From contig NC_043015.1 of the NCBI RefSeq assembly GCF_006345805.1, forward strand, positions 12,710,001 to 12,774,000: 64,000 nt of DNA, in the 5' to 3' direction. A program made the position numbers and the translations under genes. The DNA comes from Octopus sinensis. Taxonomy: Eukaryota. Positions within the stretch are counted from its first letter, which is position 1, and the number at the start of each line of letters is the position of its first letter. Shown here piece after piece: positions 25,483-38,279 of this stretch. Below the pieces are notes generated by a model. It was not told where the DNA came from, searched no databases, and saw only the letters and a program-made list of their open reading frames with translations.

Positions 25483-27324
25483 ACATACACATATATATAT
25501 ATATATATGTATACATACACATATATATATATATACATATATAAAATTTAAAAAAAGAGAAAAGAATGTCATTAAATTGAATATGGATGCAATATGTATG
25601 CAAACACACTCGCACACCGCTGATAAAAATCAAATATACAATAGCTTTTCATTGTTTATTTTCTTATTACTCTTTCAATGTAATTTCTGATTTGAGATGC
25701 AAAACTGGATCACCAGGAATATGTTTTAATCATTTAAAAGCGTTTTTTTTTTAAATTATGAGATAAACAGTATTTATAAAGCCACCTTTGCTTTTTTTTT
25801 TTTTAACTTTTTACAATAACTTTGTGTGTGCATGGTGTTACCAGAAGTAATTTGCCTTATAACTTATATATAACTATCTTACAAGCAGGGTTGTTTGTTC
25901 ACATAACTGTTTGTCAATATTATGAATATATATTGGTGAAACATGCACAAGTTGCTTCCCAGAAATATATATGTAACATGATGTACCTGACATTACATTC
26001 CTCATATTCATATTATTTCTGCCATCAGTAAAGTCTCTTTCATACAATTCATAACAACTGCAATTTAGCAATTAATAAAATCAGTCATAAAATATCAAAT
26101 CAAATGTTACTATAAAAATTTTGAAGAACATAAGATTTGAAATCATTTTGACTCTTTTGCAATTATTCACCATTCAATTTTTAGAAGGGTTAGAAGTATA
26201 GGAACTTATTTAATGATTTCTCAACCCATGTCAAATAGTTCTCATTTAAAACAATTTATAGTCGATGAAGACCAATAAAATTAATTTTAGAGCAAAACAC
26301 AACTAGATACATAGACATTAAAAATAAAATTAAAAATTAATAACTAGAGCTAAGGTCACATGTGACAACCGTCACCCAATCAATTAACAACCAGCTTCGA
26401 AATGAGTGCTGCATACACAATATACTTATTTGAAACATCAAAAGCATACTGCTCTTAATTCACTGCTATTTTCTGATGTAAGCAAACAACTAAAGACACA
26501 ATAGGAGAGAGAGAGTGATAGAAAAAGAGAGGGAAAATGTGTGTATGTGAGAGAGGGAGAGAGAAAGCAAGTGCATGTGAGAACAATGCAGAAGTAATTT
26601 TTGGTCTTTTAGATGCCTCAAATCTGTTTTTCCAATGCTTTAAACAAAACAACTGCACTTTTATCTTTATCAACACAGACTCACCTTTCATAGCAAATTT
26701 AATCCAATGAGAAGATATCATCATCAATCAAGCTCCATGGGCACCAGCCATTTAACTTCATTAGAAATATGTATATCAAACATCCCTGGAGCAATATGTA
26801 GTACACAGTCATGTATGAATGTGTATTGTAGTTAGGGTATATAAGATGGATGCATGTTTACATTTATTCCACCCCCATTTACATGTGAATCAAGCTATGA
26901 AGAATTGGTATGCAGCCAAGGAACAGTTAAAACAAACACTTGGTAAATATATTAAAATTGATAATAGATCTCAAATGACAGAAAACAGAAATGGAGATTG
27001 TGTTGATTGGGAGGCCTACATTGTTTTCTAATAAAGACTTTTTTTCTCATTTTACCAGCAATAAATCAGCTTCTGATAAAAATGATAAATTAAAAATGAT
27101 TGGAAAAAAAAAATTGTAAAATAAAATGAAAACAATAAGAATTTATAGAGACATACGAAAACAACAATGTTTCATGTTGAAAGAGATATAACTCAGAAAA
27201 TGAGAAACTGGTCAGGGTTTGTTATTTAGGATTGGTGGGGGTACAACTTTAAAACATTTCCTTTTATTTTTATTATTTAATTACACTTATTCAAGCATTC
27301 TTTGAAAAGTGCAAGTATCAGTCT

Positions 27325-27326
<2 letters not shown>

Positions 27327-27407
<81 letters not shown>
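27327..27407. repeat. (TA)n microsatellite of about 80 bp in the putative Src42A 3'UTR; further TA tracts at about 25437-25540 and 27950-28030
   Basis: Directly visible. Confidence 0.95.
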
Positions 27408-27410
<3 letters not shown>

Positions 27411-27947
27411 AACAGGTATTGGCACCAACATGCATACATGCATGCACACAGTTATTCAGAGAGAAAAATACAAGATGCATTCAAATGTGTCAGATACAAT
27501 AGTATTTGGTTATTCCTTTTTCTTTTTTTTTTTCTTTTAATTAAATGGAAGGAAACATAAAACAGAGAGGACAATGGGAATAACTAGCTCACGTATAATA
27601 TCCTTCATCTCTGAGAAACAATCAGTTCGACAGTGATGTGGTACAACAAAGCTGGCAGACAACGAACTAACAGGGTAGACCTAAGACAAGGGACGCAACT
27701 CGCAGCTGCTCTACCCACCGCATCTCTTCGTAGTGATGTCTCAATAACATTCTTCATCTTCGGTGAAAGATAAAGGAGAGGCAGAATGTCTCGCCATACT
27801 CTGTTCTAGGTCATAGCAATGCATGGAGTCAGCTGTTTAATTACATTCACTTCAGCCACCAAAAAAATACTGTTCATGAGGGGATTAGGGGATCGATTTT
27901 TAGATGACACATTAAAAAAAAAGTCCTTAGCAATTATGTTTCTTTTC

Positions 27948-27999
<52 letters not shown>

Positions 28000-28073
28000 T
28001 ATATATATAATATTATATATATATATATAAACAGTTTTATAAATTCAGACAGGTTCGCCAGTATTGTTTATTT

Positions 28074-28285
28074 TTATCGCACCACTGCGGCTTCTTTATA
28101 ATCAGTACCCTCCATGGTAAAGAATTCTTCAAGCTTCCATTGCAAGGTCTCAAATGTCGGACGTTCCATTTCCTCTTTACGCCAACATTCCAACATAATA
28201 TCGTAGAGGGCTTTAGGACAGCAAGGTGGACATGGCATGCGGTAACCATGTTCTACTTGATGCAGGACTTCAGCATTGGTCATAC
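28074..28285 (-). CDS. Src42A: Src42A last coding exon: (G)[69 protein letters not shown]
   Basis: Acceptor ttttttcttgtag|GT at 28285, stop TAA at 28076-28074. The tail Tyr (DYKE) is at the Csk-regulated inhibitory position. Confidence 0.97.
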
Positions 28286-30378
28286 CTACAAGAAAAAACG
28301 TGATTAGGGTTTATCACATAGGCAAAATAATTTCTTTAAACATTAAGTTACACGGACGGAGAAATATGAAAGAGGGGGAGAGAAGAGAAGCCTCTCAAAT
28401 CACGAGGATAACGAGCTTAAGGATGACTCCCAGGTTCAGAGTTAACGTCAACAAAATTGGGAACGGACATGAAACAAGGGACGTAACTCGATGTTGTGAA
28501 CTAATTTTCAGTAATTTGTATGTTAAATAAAATTATGTTCTGTAATTTTCATCTTATAAAAATTATGCTGTATACATGTTACAGTATGTAAAGTATTTTA
28601 AATGGGTTAATAAGTATCAAACAGAACTTGCTTTGGGAGTGTACTAAATTAATCTGTTAAATACAATTTTTTACTTTTCATGGTCTATTTTATATTCTAA
28701 ATATATATATTTAGACTGTCTATAGAAAACGGGATACTGTTGGTCCCAGGTTTGCTGAATAATTGGTCTGTTACTCTGTGAATGTGTGTTCTCTTTCTTT
28801 TTTTAAATAAGATTAAATTTTTACCAGCCACCTACTTGGTAACAAAGTTGCAAAGAGAAGCATCTTGTTTTAACCAACATCCTTAAGAATGTCCTGGAGA
28901 TTTTTATAGTAAGAGATATGATCATTTGTAAAATATGAATAATGTAAGCATATACATACATATGTATATCTCTGTGTACACACTGCACGCACACACACAT
29001 ACACACAGAGGTGATTAATAATTTATTTTACATTTTGCAGACACACTTCACACAAGGACACAAATGGAGACACATCCATACATAACAGATGCACATACAT
29101 AGTCACACAAACATGCACACATTCATACATGTATATATGCATACACAAACACATACAGCGTACATATATACATACAAATGTGCACACATGCATACATATA
29201 TATATGCATACACACGTGTACGTGCATGCACACACATGCACTAAAAAAATGCAGTCCTGATAATGGACAGGGTCAACAACTACTGAAAAGGCTGCAAAGA
29301 CACAACGAAAATTTTAGTAAAATAAGTAAATGAATGGAAATCAGACTGGTGAGTGTGTTAAATGAATAAGGCACTAAAAAAGAATGACTCTCCCCAGACA
29401 CAATAAAATAGTTCAGTTTGTTACAAATGGTTTTTGATTACATTACAAAAAGGATTCTAACCAACTGAAAGCCATACAATTATGTGTCACTAATACCTAT
29501 TTTATGACTTGTGAAGGATGAAAGACAAAGTGGGTCTTGACAGTTTCATATGCATTGTACAAAACTTATCACTAAGGTATTTCAGAGATAACAAAACTCA
29601 TTTTATGCCCCTGCCCCATGCAGATAAGGTCTTAGAGCATCTTACTCTTCATCACTAACTGTTATCATATGGCATTCAGAAGAAACTAGCCATCCTTTTA
29701 ATGGCTGGATGGTATTTCTATCACCAACCATTTTATAATAAGGAATCAGTGAATCCAACTGTGCTATGAACACGAGAGAGGATATCAGTAGTAAGACTAG
29801 AGAAGACCTTTTTCCTTTTGTTGATATTTTTATTCAGAGTGGCTGTTTTTCTAGATGTGCTACATGCATTGTGACTTGTGGAGTTCACAAAAACCCATTC
29901 ATTCTTTCTCCTTTTAGGTATGGTTTTTACAGGCAGATGTCTTTTCCATCACCAGCAACCTTACTGTTCTGAGAGCAATTCGGGCCTATGTGAGGTAGTA
30001 TCTACAATATAAATGCATTTCCTCTACACTAGGAAATTTATTAAGGGTGGGGTGGGGTACTATTCAGAACACAGTTTTAGGCCACTTTGCTTAGATCAAA
30101 AATTATGTGAGCTATAGAAAATTTTCAATAAAACTATTGAATTTTTAAATAACTATATAACTCAAGAAGTTTTTTGGAGAGGATTTTGAATTTCAATTAT
30201 GCATTTGTATTCACAGAACACCATTCTCCTTAAATTTTAAATAAATATTATTTCCAAAATCTTCATGTACCATATAAGGGAACCTAAGAGATTACCTGTG
30301 GCCAAGTACTGTATATTTCAAGTTTTGATTTAGTATTTGCTTTTAATTAAAAGGGGAGATAATTTTTAGCTGCTGTCA

Positions 30379-30579
<201 letters not shown>

Positions 30580-31357
30580 CTACAAAAGTAACAATAATTT
30601 GTTTAACCTAAATAAAAACTAAGATTTAAACAGCAAGACAATATTCATTTCACTTAAAAAGAAAAAAAAGGAAAAAATCTGTTTAATTGTAATCTGTAGA
30701 AATTTTTTGTATCAAGTCATTAACATTTATTTTCCACAGAAGACAAAAACTTGAAGCGATGTTACTTCAGATGCAATAATTAAGTAGCATTGGTACAACT
30801 TCTCCAGTCATGATTTATAATAAATGTAATATATAATGATGATTGGATATCAAATTGCTATCACTCTTCCATAAAAAAATAAGCATTTACATTGTTCTTA
30901 TCAAACTGTGTATACTTTTATATGACAAATGATAGGTAAAAATTTCTTAATACAGAAAATGGTAGCCAACAGTGAAATATTATTAGTACTACAATTGCTG
31001 ATGTAGTTGCTTAACGAAGGTCAGATCTGATAAAGTGGTTTTAAGGCATGCAAGTAGCTGTCTGAATAACTAGGTATAACCTACAGATCCACTTTTTTCT
31101 TTAATAATAATAATAATAATAATAATAATTGTGTACAGTGCTCAGGTGCACTAAGTTATAACTTTGCTGAGATCAAGACCATTCTGCACATTTTTTTTTT
31201 ATTGCTGGATTGATCTTAAGGATGGAGTTGTGCCTATGGCTTTTGCAGGCCCTTTCAGACTGGTGAAATCAACATGATTAATATTCTTTTTGAAATTGTC
31301 AATTGATAGCTGCAGGAAAACATATTGAGGGAGAGAATTAGGGTTAACACCTTAGAA

Positions 31358-34046
31358 CAGGGGTTCCCAACCTGATCCACGTGGACCACTAGGTGGTCCA
31401 CAGGAAAATTCAGATGGTCCATGGAAAATTTTCTGTGGTCCACCAGATGAATTAAAATTTTTCCGTACACGTACATGTTGCACAAACAAAATATGCCTCA
31501 TCACATATGCATGAGCACATACGAGTGCACTCATTGCCTATTGGACGATTAGCTATCCTATCATACATAGACACATACCAGACAGGTACAGATGAGTACA
31601 ATTGGATCCACATTTGCGCACATTAAAAACACAAAAAATTGTGTGTTCTTGGCCAATCAACGCAATCCTGTTTTCTACCTGACTTGAATTGAGGATTACT
31701 AATGAAACTGCAGTTCCTACAGCTTACCCAACATATAGTATTATCTCTCCAGGTACATACATTTTTACACAAGTGTTAGTTTAATTGTAATCTGTAGAAA
31801 TTTTGCTGTCAGTGATATGGAAAAATGTTCTCTTAATTCTCTGTCCATCAACTCGGAAAAAAGACTCAGTAGACAATATCATGAAGATTATATCAAATAT
31901 GGTTTTGTATCCAGTGTAGAAGATCCTTTTCTACCACAATGTATTATCTGCTCAAAAGTATTAACTAACGACTCAATGAAACCCTCAAAATTGTTGTATC
32001 ATCTACAAAAAATCCATCCTGGTTTATTTGGCAAGCCAAAGGAGTACTTCAAAGAATACCATCACAAAAAAAAAATGTCTCATCTTCATCGTTCAAAAAT
32101 TTCCTTGTCCATACTAACAACCGTTCTGGTCTGCAGGTATCCTATAACATTTCGCTCATGGTAGCAAAACAGGGTCACCCACATACCATTGGCAAAGATC
32201 TGATTAGGCCTCCATACTTGAAGCATATAAAGTTGCTAATGAGCCGAACACTGCCTCAGTTTTAGCAAGTATTCCACTTTCAAACAGCACTGTATCTTCC
32301 CGCATTTGTGAAATGGCCGAAGATGTCGAATCCATAGTTGTAGAAGACTTGCATTACTGCAGATTCTCATTGACGGTGGATGACAATGCTTTTGACAACA
32401 AATGTATTGCCCTTGCCTTTGCTCGCTATGTGAAAGGTACCACAGTTTGTGAAAACCTACTCTTTATGAAAACCGTCCTGAAAAACACAGGAGAGACGGT
32501 CTACAATGCAGTCATGGATTATCTTACTAAAAATGGCATTGATCCCCTCAACCTCATATCAATATGCACTGATGGAGCACTGTCTATGATTGGCAAATCC
32601 CAGGGTTTTGTTGCCAGATGGATAGAAATTAATCCCGTCTTCACAATTCATTGCGTTCTCCATTGAGAAAACCTAATAGTAAAAAGGACTAGAAATAATA
32701 TATTTTCTGAAAACCTAGACTTAATTGCTTCCACAGTAAAAAAAAAATCAAAAGATCTGCTCATCAAAACAGGCATTTTCAAGAAGCTTGTAAAGATGAA
32801 ATGTTCAACCGTCTGTTGTATTTGACAGATATATGTTGGCTATCAATGGGAAGTTGTCTCAGATGTTTTGTGGCACTTTTCGATAAAGTCATAGAGTTTT
32901 TTCAACAGACTGATTCAACTATGACAGCAATTTTTTACTTACATGAAATCTTTCAAAAACTTAGTGATTACAATATTTCTTTACAAAAGCAAAACATCAA
33001 CATTGTATGAGCCAGACACTTGATAAGGGCACTTGTGAATAAATTCGTTCTTTGGAAACTTCAAATTGAAGATCATAACCCTCTGCAGTTCGTGAACTTA
33101 AAAACTGTTGTGGTAGATAACAACTTGCACAAATATATAATCAGGCATCTATCTTTCCTTCACGCAAACTTCAATATTCGTTTTGAAGATCTTTTGACTT
33201 TAAATATCGTAATTTTTGTGGACTCTCTTCACACAATGTCTATGAACAATATACTTGTTCAACCAGAATGCGTTCAGATGGAGTTATGTGAGGTGACGGT
33301 AGATGATAATCTGCACAAATCATCTGTAAACCACTGGGTTGAGGCTTGGTTGAATCATTCTCACGAATATTTAAAGTTGTTTGAATAAGTCGAGCCTTTT
33401 ATTATAAATCTCCCAACATCCTACTTGGCTGAAAAGGGATTTTCCCTTGTCCTTCACTTGTTTATGAAGCAGCGGAGGTATTTGAACCTTGATAACAATG
33501 CTGATTTGAGAATTTGATTGAGCCAAAAAGAGCCAAGGATTTCTCAGCTTGTGGATAAAAAGCAAGCCCAAGGGTCTCACTGAAGGTCTCTTGACGTTTT
33601 TTCTGATGACTTGTCGCTGACATTTTTAAGTTAATTCAATTTGTTATATTCCCTCAAACATTTACATGACCTTTTGTACTGATCCCAACTTTACGCTTTG
33701 CATTTTTTGAATTTACCCTTCACATTGTTATATTTTAACTGTACAGCTTTTTTTCTAAATAAAAGGAGGTGTTTTCCACAATTCAGTAACCTTTTCTATT
33801 CGATTCTATCAAATAAAGCTTTCTTGAGAACCATGTGCATTTGCAAATAGGTTTTGTAATTGGTCTTCTCAGTTGTTTGTTCTCTGTAAAGTCCCTTACA
33901 AGAATGGAAAAGGAATTTTCATTGCAAAGTGATACTAATATTCATGAGTAGCAGTTCTTTAATAATAAATTTAAAATTTGAGGTAGTCCACAGGAAAAAA
34001 TTACTTATTTTGGTGGTCCATAGCGAAAAAAGGTTGGGAACCCCTG
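31358..34046 (+). mobile_element. Full-length decayed hAT (Charlie/Buster-like) transposon, antisense within a Src42A intron
   Basis: Perfect 16-bp TIR CAGGGGTTCCCAACCT at both ends; 8-bp flanks CCTTAGAA / CTTTGGAA (6 of 8 match). Transposase pieces from 31817 to 33583 include PQCIICSKVLTNDSMKPSKL, ICTDGA, HCVLH and a terminal KQAQGSH*. Confidence 0.9.
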
Positions 34047-35584
34047 CTTTGGAACAAAAGGAACCAGCCATAAAACTTAATGCAGAAGAGGGAATGGTCA
34101 AAATATGGGTAATGAAAGGAGAAAACAATGAAACAGGAGTACTTAAGTAGAGGTGGTACAAAACCAGCCAGCTCAGATGAGAGACTACTGCTGTAGTAGT
34201 GGTAGAAAAACAAAAAAGGGAAATAGCCAGTCTGTGGTCACAGGTTGGTGTGTTTGCAAGTAACTTCACACCAATTAGTCAAGTGAAATTTCTTTGAATT
34301 TAGCTCTAGATGTCTCTGTGTGTAACAGCAGTACTGTCCAAGATGTAAGTGTTGTATGTTTTGATAGGTCTTGCCTGAGCTTTGTTAGGTCAAAAAGTGT
34401 TTTTTAGCTCTGAAAGATGAAGACTCATCGTTGTGCTGTAGTTTTGGCTGTGTTGAGGGTGTGTATTCACCAGGCAAAATCCTTAGTGATGGTGAGGTCA
34501 AGTATTTGTTGTAAATTTGAGGTTCCTAGTTTATGCTGTTTATAGTTGGGTTGGGTAATATTTCTTGATTTGTGTAATGACAATATTTTTGTAGTATTGA
34601 AGGAGACACGATTTGCATTAAAGAATGTTTTCAAGGGCTCTGTTAGTGCAGGTCTGGCATGAGTTGTCTGGATTGCACATGAATGACATTTAGATGTAGA
34701 AGGTTATGGAAGAACAGAGAGTAGATATTAATTGCTTTGGAGTGGACATTGTTGGTGGTGAGCGCAAATAGATTGTTGGTATTCAAGTAGATAGAATGTG
34801 AGGGCAAAACCTAATCTTGGGCTACACCAAAATTGGTAGTACAAGGGTCAGAGACAGCTACATCACCACATGCTATGATCAAACAAAACCACTGACCAAG
34901 GTGATAGGAGTCATTAGGCAGTCAGTTTTGCAAGGTGATTTGTATGCTAGACACAGCTGAATGCTTTAGTAATGTTGCATTTTCTCCATTGTTAAGCCTA
35001 TTTCTGTATGTTTACTGCTTCTGGTGATAGCAAAGTAGCACATGTGGAAACACTACATTGTACAACTGGTATTTAAGCAATGACCATCCTGTCTCTTTCT
35101 AACACATTTAAGATTACCATACTCACTTTTAAGACAATAGGATATTATTTGAAGATTTAGCTGCTAGCTGTAGCAGGATGAGTGACCATGGAGAAAGTGC
35201 GCCAAAGAGATGTCATTAAAACTGTTTATAGTTTTGCAAACTATACAATTCCTTTTCCTAGATAATACTCTATTTGACAACCAAAAAGATGATGCTGACA
35301 ACGATTTCTTAATTAGTTTATCAATGATGTTTGTGTTATATAAACAAGATTAATTTTTGTAAAGGAAGAATCGACACTAGTCCATCAGTTATATATTACA
35401 TTGACACTGGAATTTTTAATAACACATGAGTTGAATTTAAAGAAATGTGACAACAATGTAAGTAATGCAGAGTATTAAGCCAGCTACCTATCATTTGCAG
35501 CAATGCCAGTCAACAAACTTGACCAAAAGATTAATTTATTTTAGACATTTGTTTGCTATAAGTTTAAACAAGTTGCATTGGTTA

Positions 35585-35854
<270 letters not shown>

Positions 35855-36040
35855 TTATACACAAAACCAAATTCCAAAATCTAAATCAGCAAACAGCATT
35901 GACCAATGTAAGGAAAAATATGTGTTAAAAGCAAAAATATACAAGTATGAAGCAAAACTGTCAGACAGGAGAGCAATGTAAATAAGGGAAATACAAAGCA
36001 ACTTAATTCATTCTCAGAACTGATAATATCAACAGTGATT

Positions 36041-36078
<38 letters not shown>

Positions 36079-36113
36079 TATGCATATATAAACACATATA
36101 CATATATAAACAC

Positions 36114-36152
<39 letters not shown>

Positions 36153-36639
36153 CATATATAAACTCATATACATATTGTTTAGTAATGCTTATATATTCTT
36201 GCTGTTAATAGGAAGCCAAGTATTTGGCAGGGTTAGTGACTAAAACTAAGCTTATTTTAATTAGTCAAACACAGACTCTAGTGAATACTACTTTTGATTT
36301 ACACTAAGTAACATATCTTTTAAACATTATATAATTCTCACTCGTAGATCACGTGTTATGCAGAACTATAATTAACTTAAATACAATGAAAACTATAGTA
36401 ATATACATTTACACATGTAATATATGATCACAGCTCACCTGCTGTCTGAATAGTTGACAATTTGTATTCTATTACAGCTGCAGTACTACATCCTTGCTTA
36501 CAAGGAAAGAAAATACCAACAATTGACTAGTGTTTTGTTAACTTGTATCACTGAACCTAAGCAAAACGACAGGGAACTACTCCACAACATTTCCCCCAAA
36601 AGATGAAAATTATACTCAACTCTGAAGCAAATGCTTTTG

Positions 36640-37130
36640 TTGGATATCAGTGATTTGGAAAGATCAACCAACTGATTATCTGTCTACTATACATAGTTAA
36701 CATGACTTAGACTACATCTCAAAGACTGACCCCCTTCTCTTTGCAGCCACAAATACTTCAGCTCTCAACAACTACAAGTCATTTATAAGGCTCAGGTGAG
36801 ACCCACAATGGAGAACTATTCATGCATCTGGGATGAGTTTTCTGCTGCACACAAGTGATAACTCAGATGAAATCCAGAGAAAAGCCACCCTATGAATCAA
36901 CAGAATGGTTTCTGCTTCTTGGAGCTGGCCGAGCTTGAGCCAAGCACTTTTGATTCACTAGGCTTTTCACCTCTTATCACCCATGTTACATCCATCCTAC
37001 CCAGCTTTTCCACCACAAAACCTCAACCACACATGTAATTCTCTCATCATGCAAGTCTCTTTCACAGCCATCAACCTGCAATAGTTTCACTGGAACATTA
37101 ACAGCATAAGTTTTATCATGGAGAACCTGT
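36640..37130 (-). mobile_element. Highly decayed LINE RT-region fragment
   Basis: Only faint similarity to RTE-like coding sequence by eye. Confidence 0.3.
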
Positions 37131-38279
37131 GATGACCTTATGCATTGACCCCCTTCATCCAGACCTAGCTAATAGGAAAATAACATCTGCAGAAATAAAT
37201 AAAATATTTAACTTTATTATCTAGCTAGTTTTATTGTTAGAAGACTGCATGTGTATGTATACATGTACATAATAAAATGTGGCACAAAAGCACATATGAA
37301 AAGTAGGAAAACAGACACACTGGAAATGCACCCTCTCTCCTCAATTATCAATCAAAAATCATCACAATTTCAACATCTTATTGATAAAATTGTTCAATTT
37401 TCCTATTGAGGTATCAATAAACACATGAAAAGTTAGCATGAACAAGTAAAAAGCAGTTGCATCATAGTAGAGTGACCTTAGTCAGTTAAATGGCTAAAAT
37501 GCATTGTATAAGTAATGTAACATTTCTAGAAGAAGAATAAACTTGACTTGAATTTTCCAAAGTAGGCACAAAAATTGCAGTTCTGTTTGAAAGTAAATAG
37601 GTGCTCCCATGAGCACAGTAACCAAGTGAGATGAATTCCAACATCCACAACTGGTTGAGGACTCACCTCTTTGGCACTCATCTATTGTACTAATAATAGT
37701 ATCAATCTATTTGAATAACCAAGGAGGATATTTGAATTTAGTATAGCATGTTAAAGAGCAGTAGCAAACCATTTCAATACCCAAGTGGGTCATTTCATTA
37801 AACTCACAGCTCATACCTTTCTTTATGGCTGATATTTCTCATTTGCAAGTGTTTTGGAATGTAGAACAAGTAAAACTTAAGATGCAGTCTTCAGTAACAT
37901 ACTCATAGTACCTATCTGAAACTGCAGGACTTGAACCAGAGACACAGTACAATGTAAGTGATAGTTGTATAAACAACTGACTATCGCATGCATATGTGTG
38001 TTTGTAATGTCTACAGCTAACACACACACAGGTTTATATTAATAATGTTACAATATCTATGGATACTAAGTAGTAGAGATATTAAAAGATATTAAATATT
38101 AAGTAATAATGGAAAATTCAACTACTCTTTTCTTTTATATATTTCTCTTTGTGCATTCATTTGTTTCCAATTTTTAACCTTGTTAATCCAGTAGCAATGG
38201 TCCAATTATTTCATCACTTTTTCTTCTATTAGATACAATCCCCTCTCAACTAATGTAATGTATTTATTGCATTTTCTAA

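Noticed and set aside
30296-30308. 13-nt segment with a CAG|GTAATC donor in the last intron
   Set aside because: Frameshifting and has no pyrimidine tract.
34290-35000. Possible Penelope-like coding remnants (also about 40480-42260)
   Set aside because: Similarity is too faint by eye to assign a family or boundaries; needs a profile search.
37667-37681. 15-nt segment before a perfect AG|GTGAGT donor (would add DECQR)
   Set aside because: No pyrimidine tract and several competing AGs just upstream; consistent with the roughly one perfect donor expected by chance.
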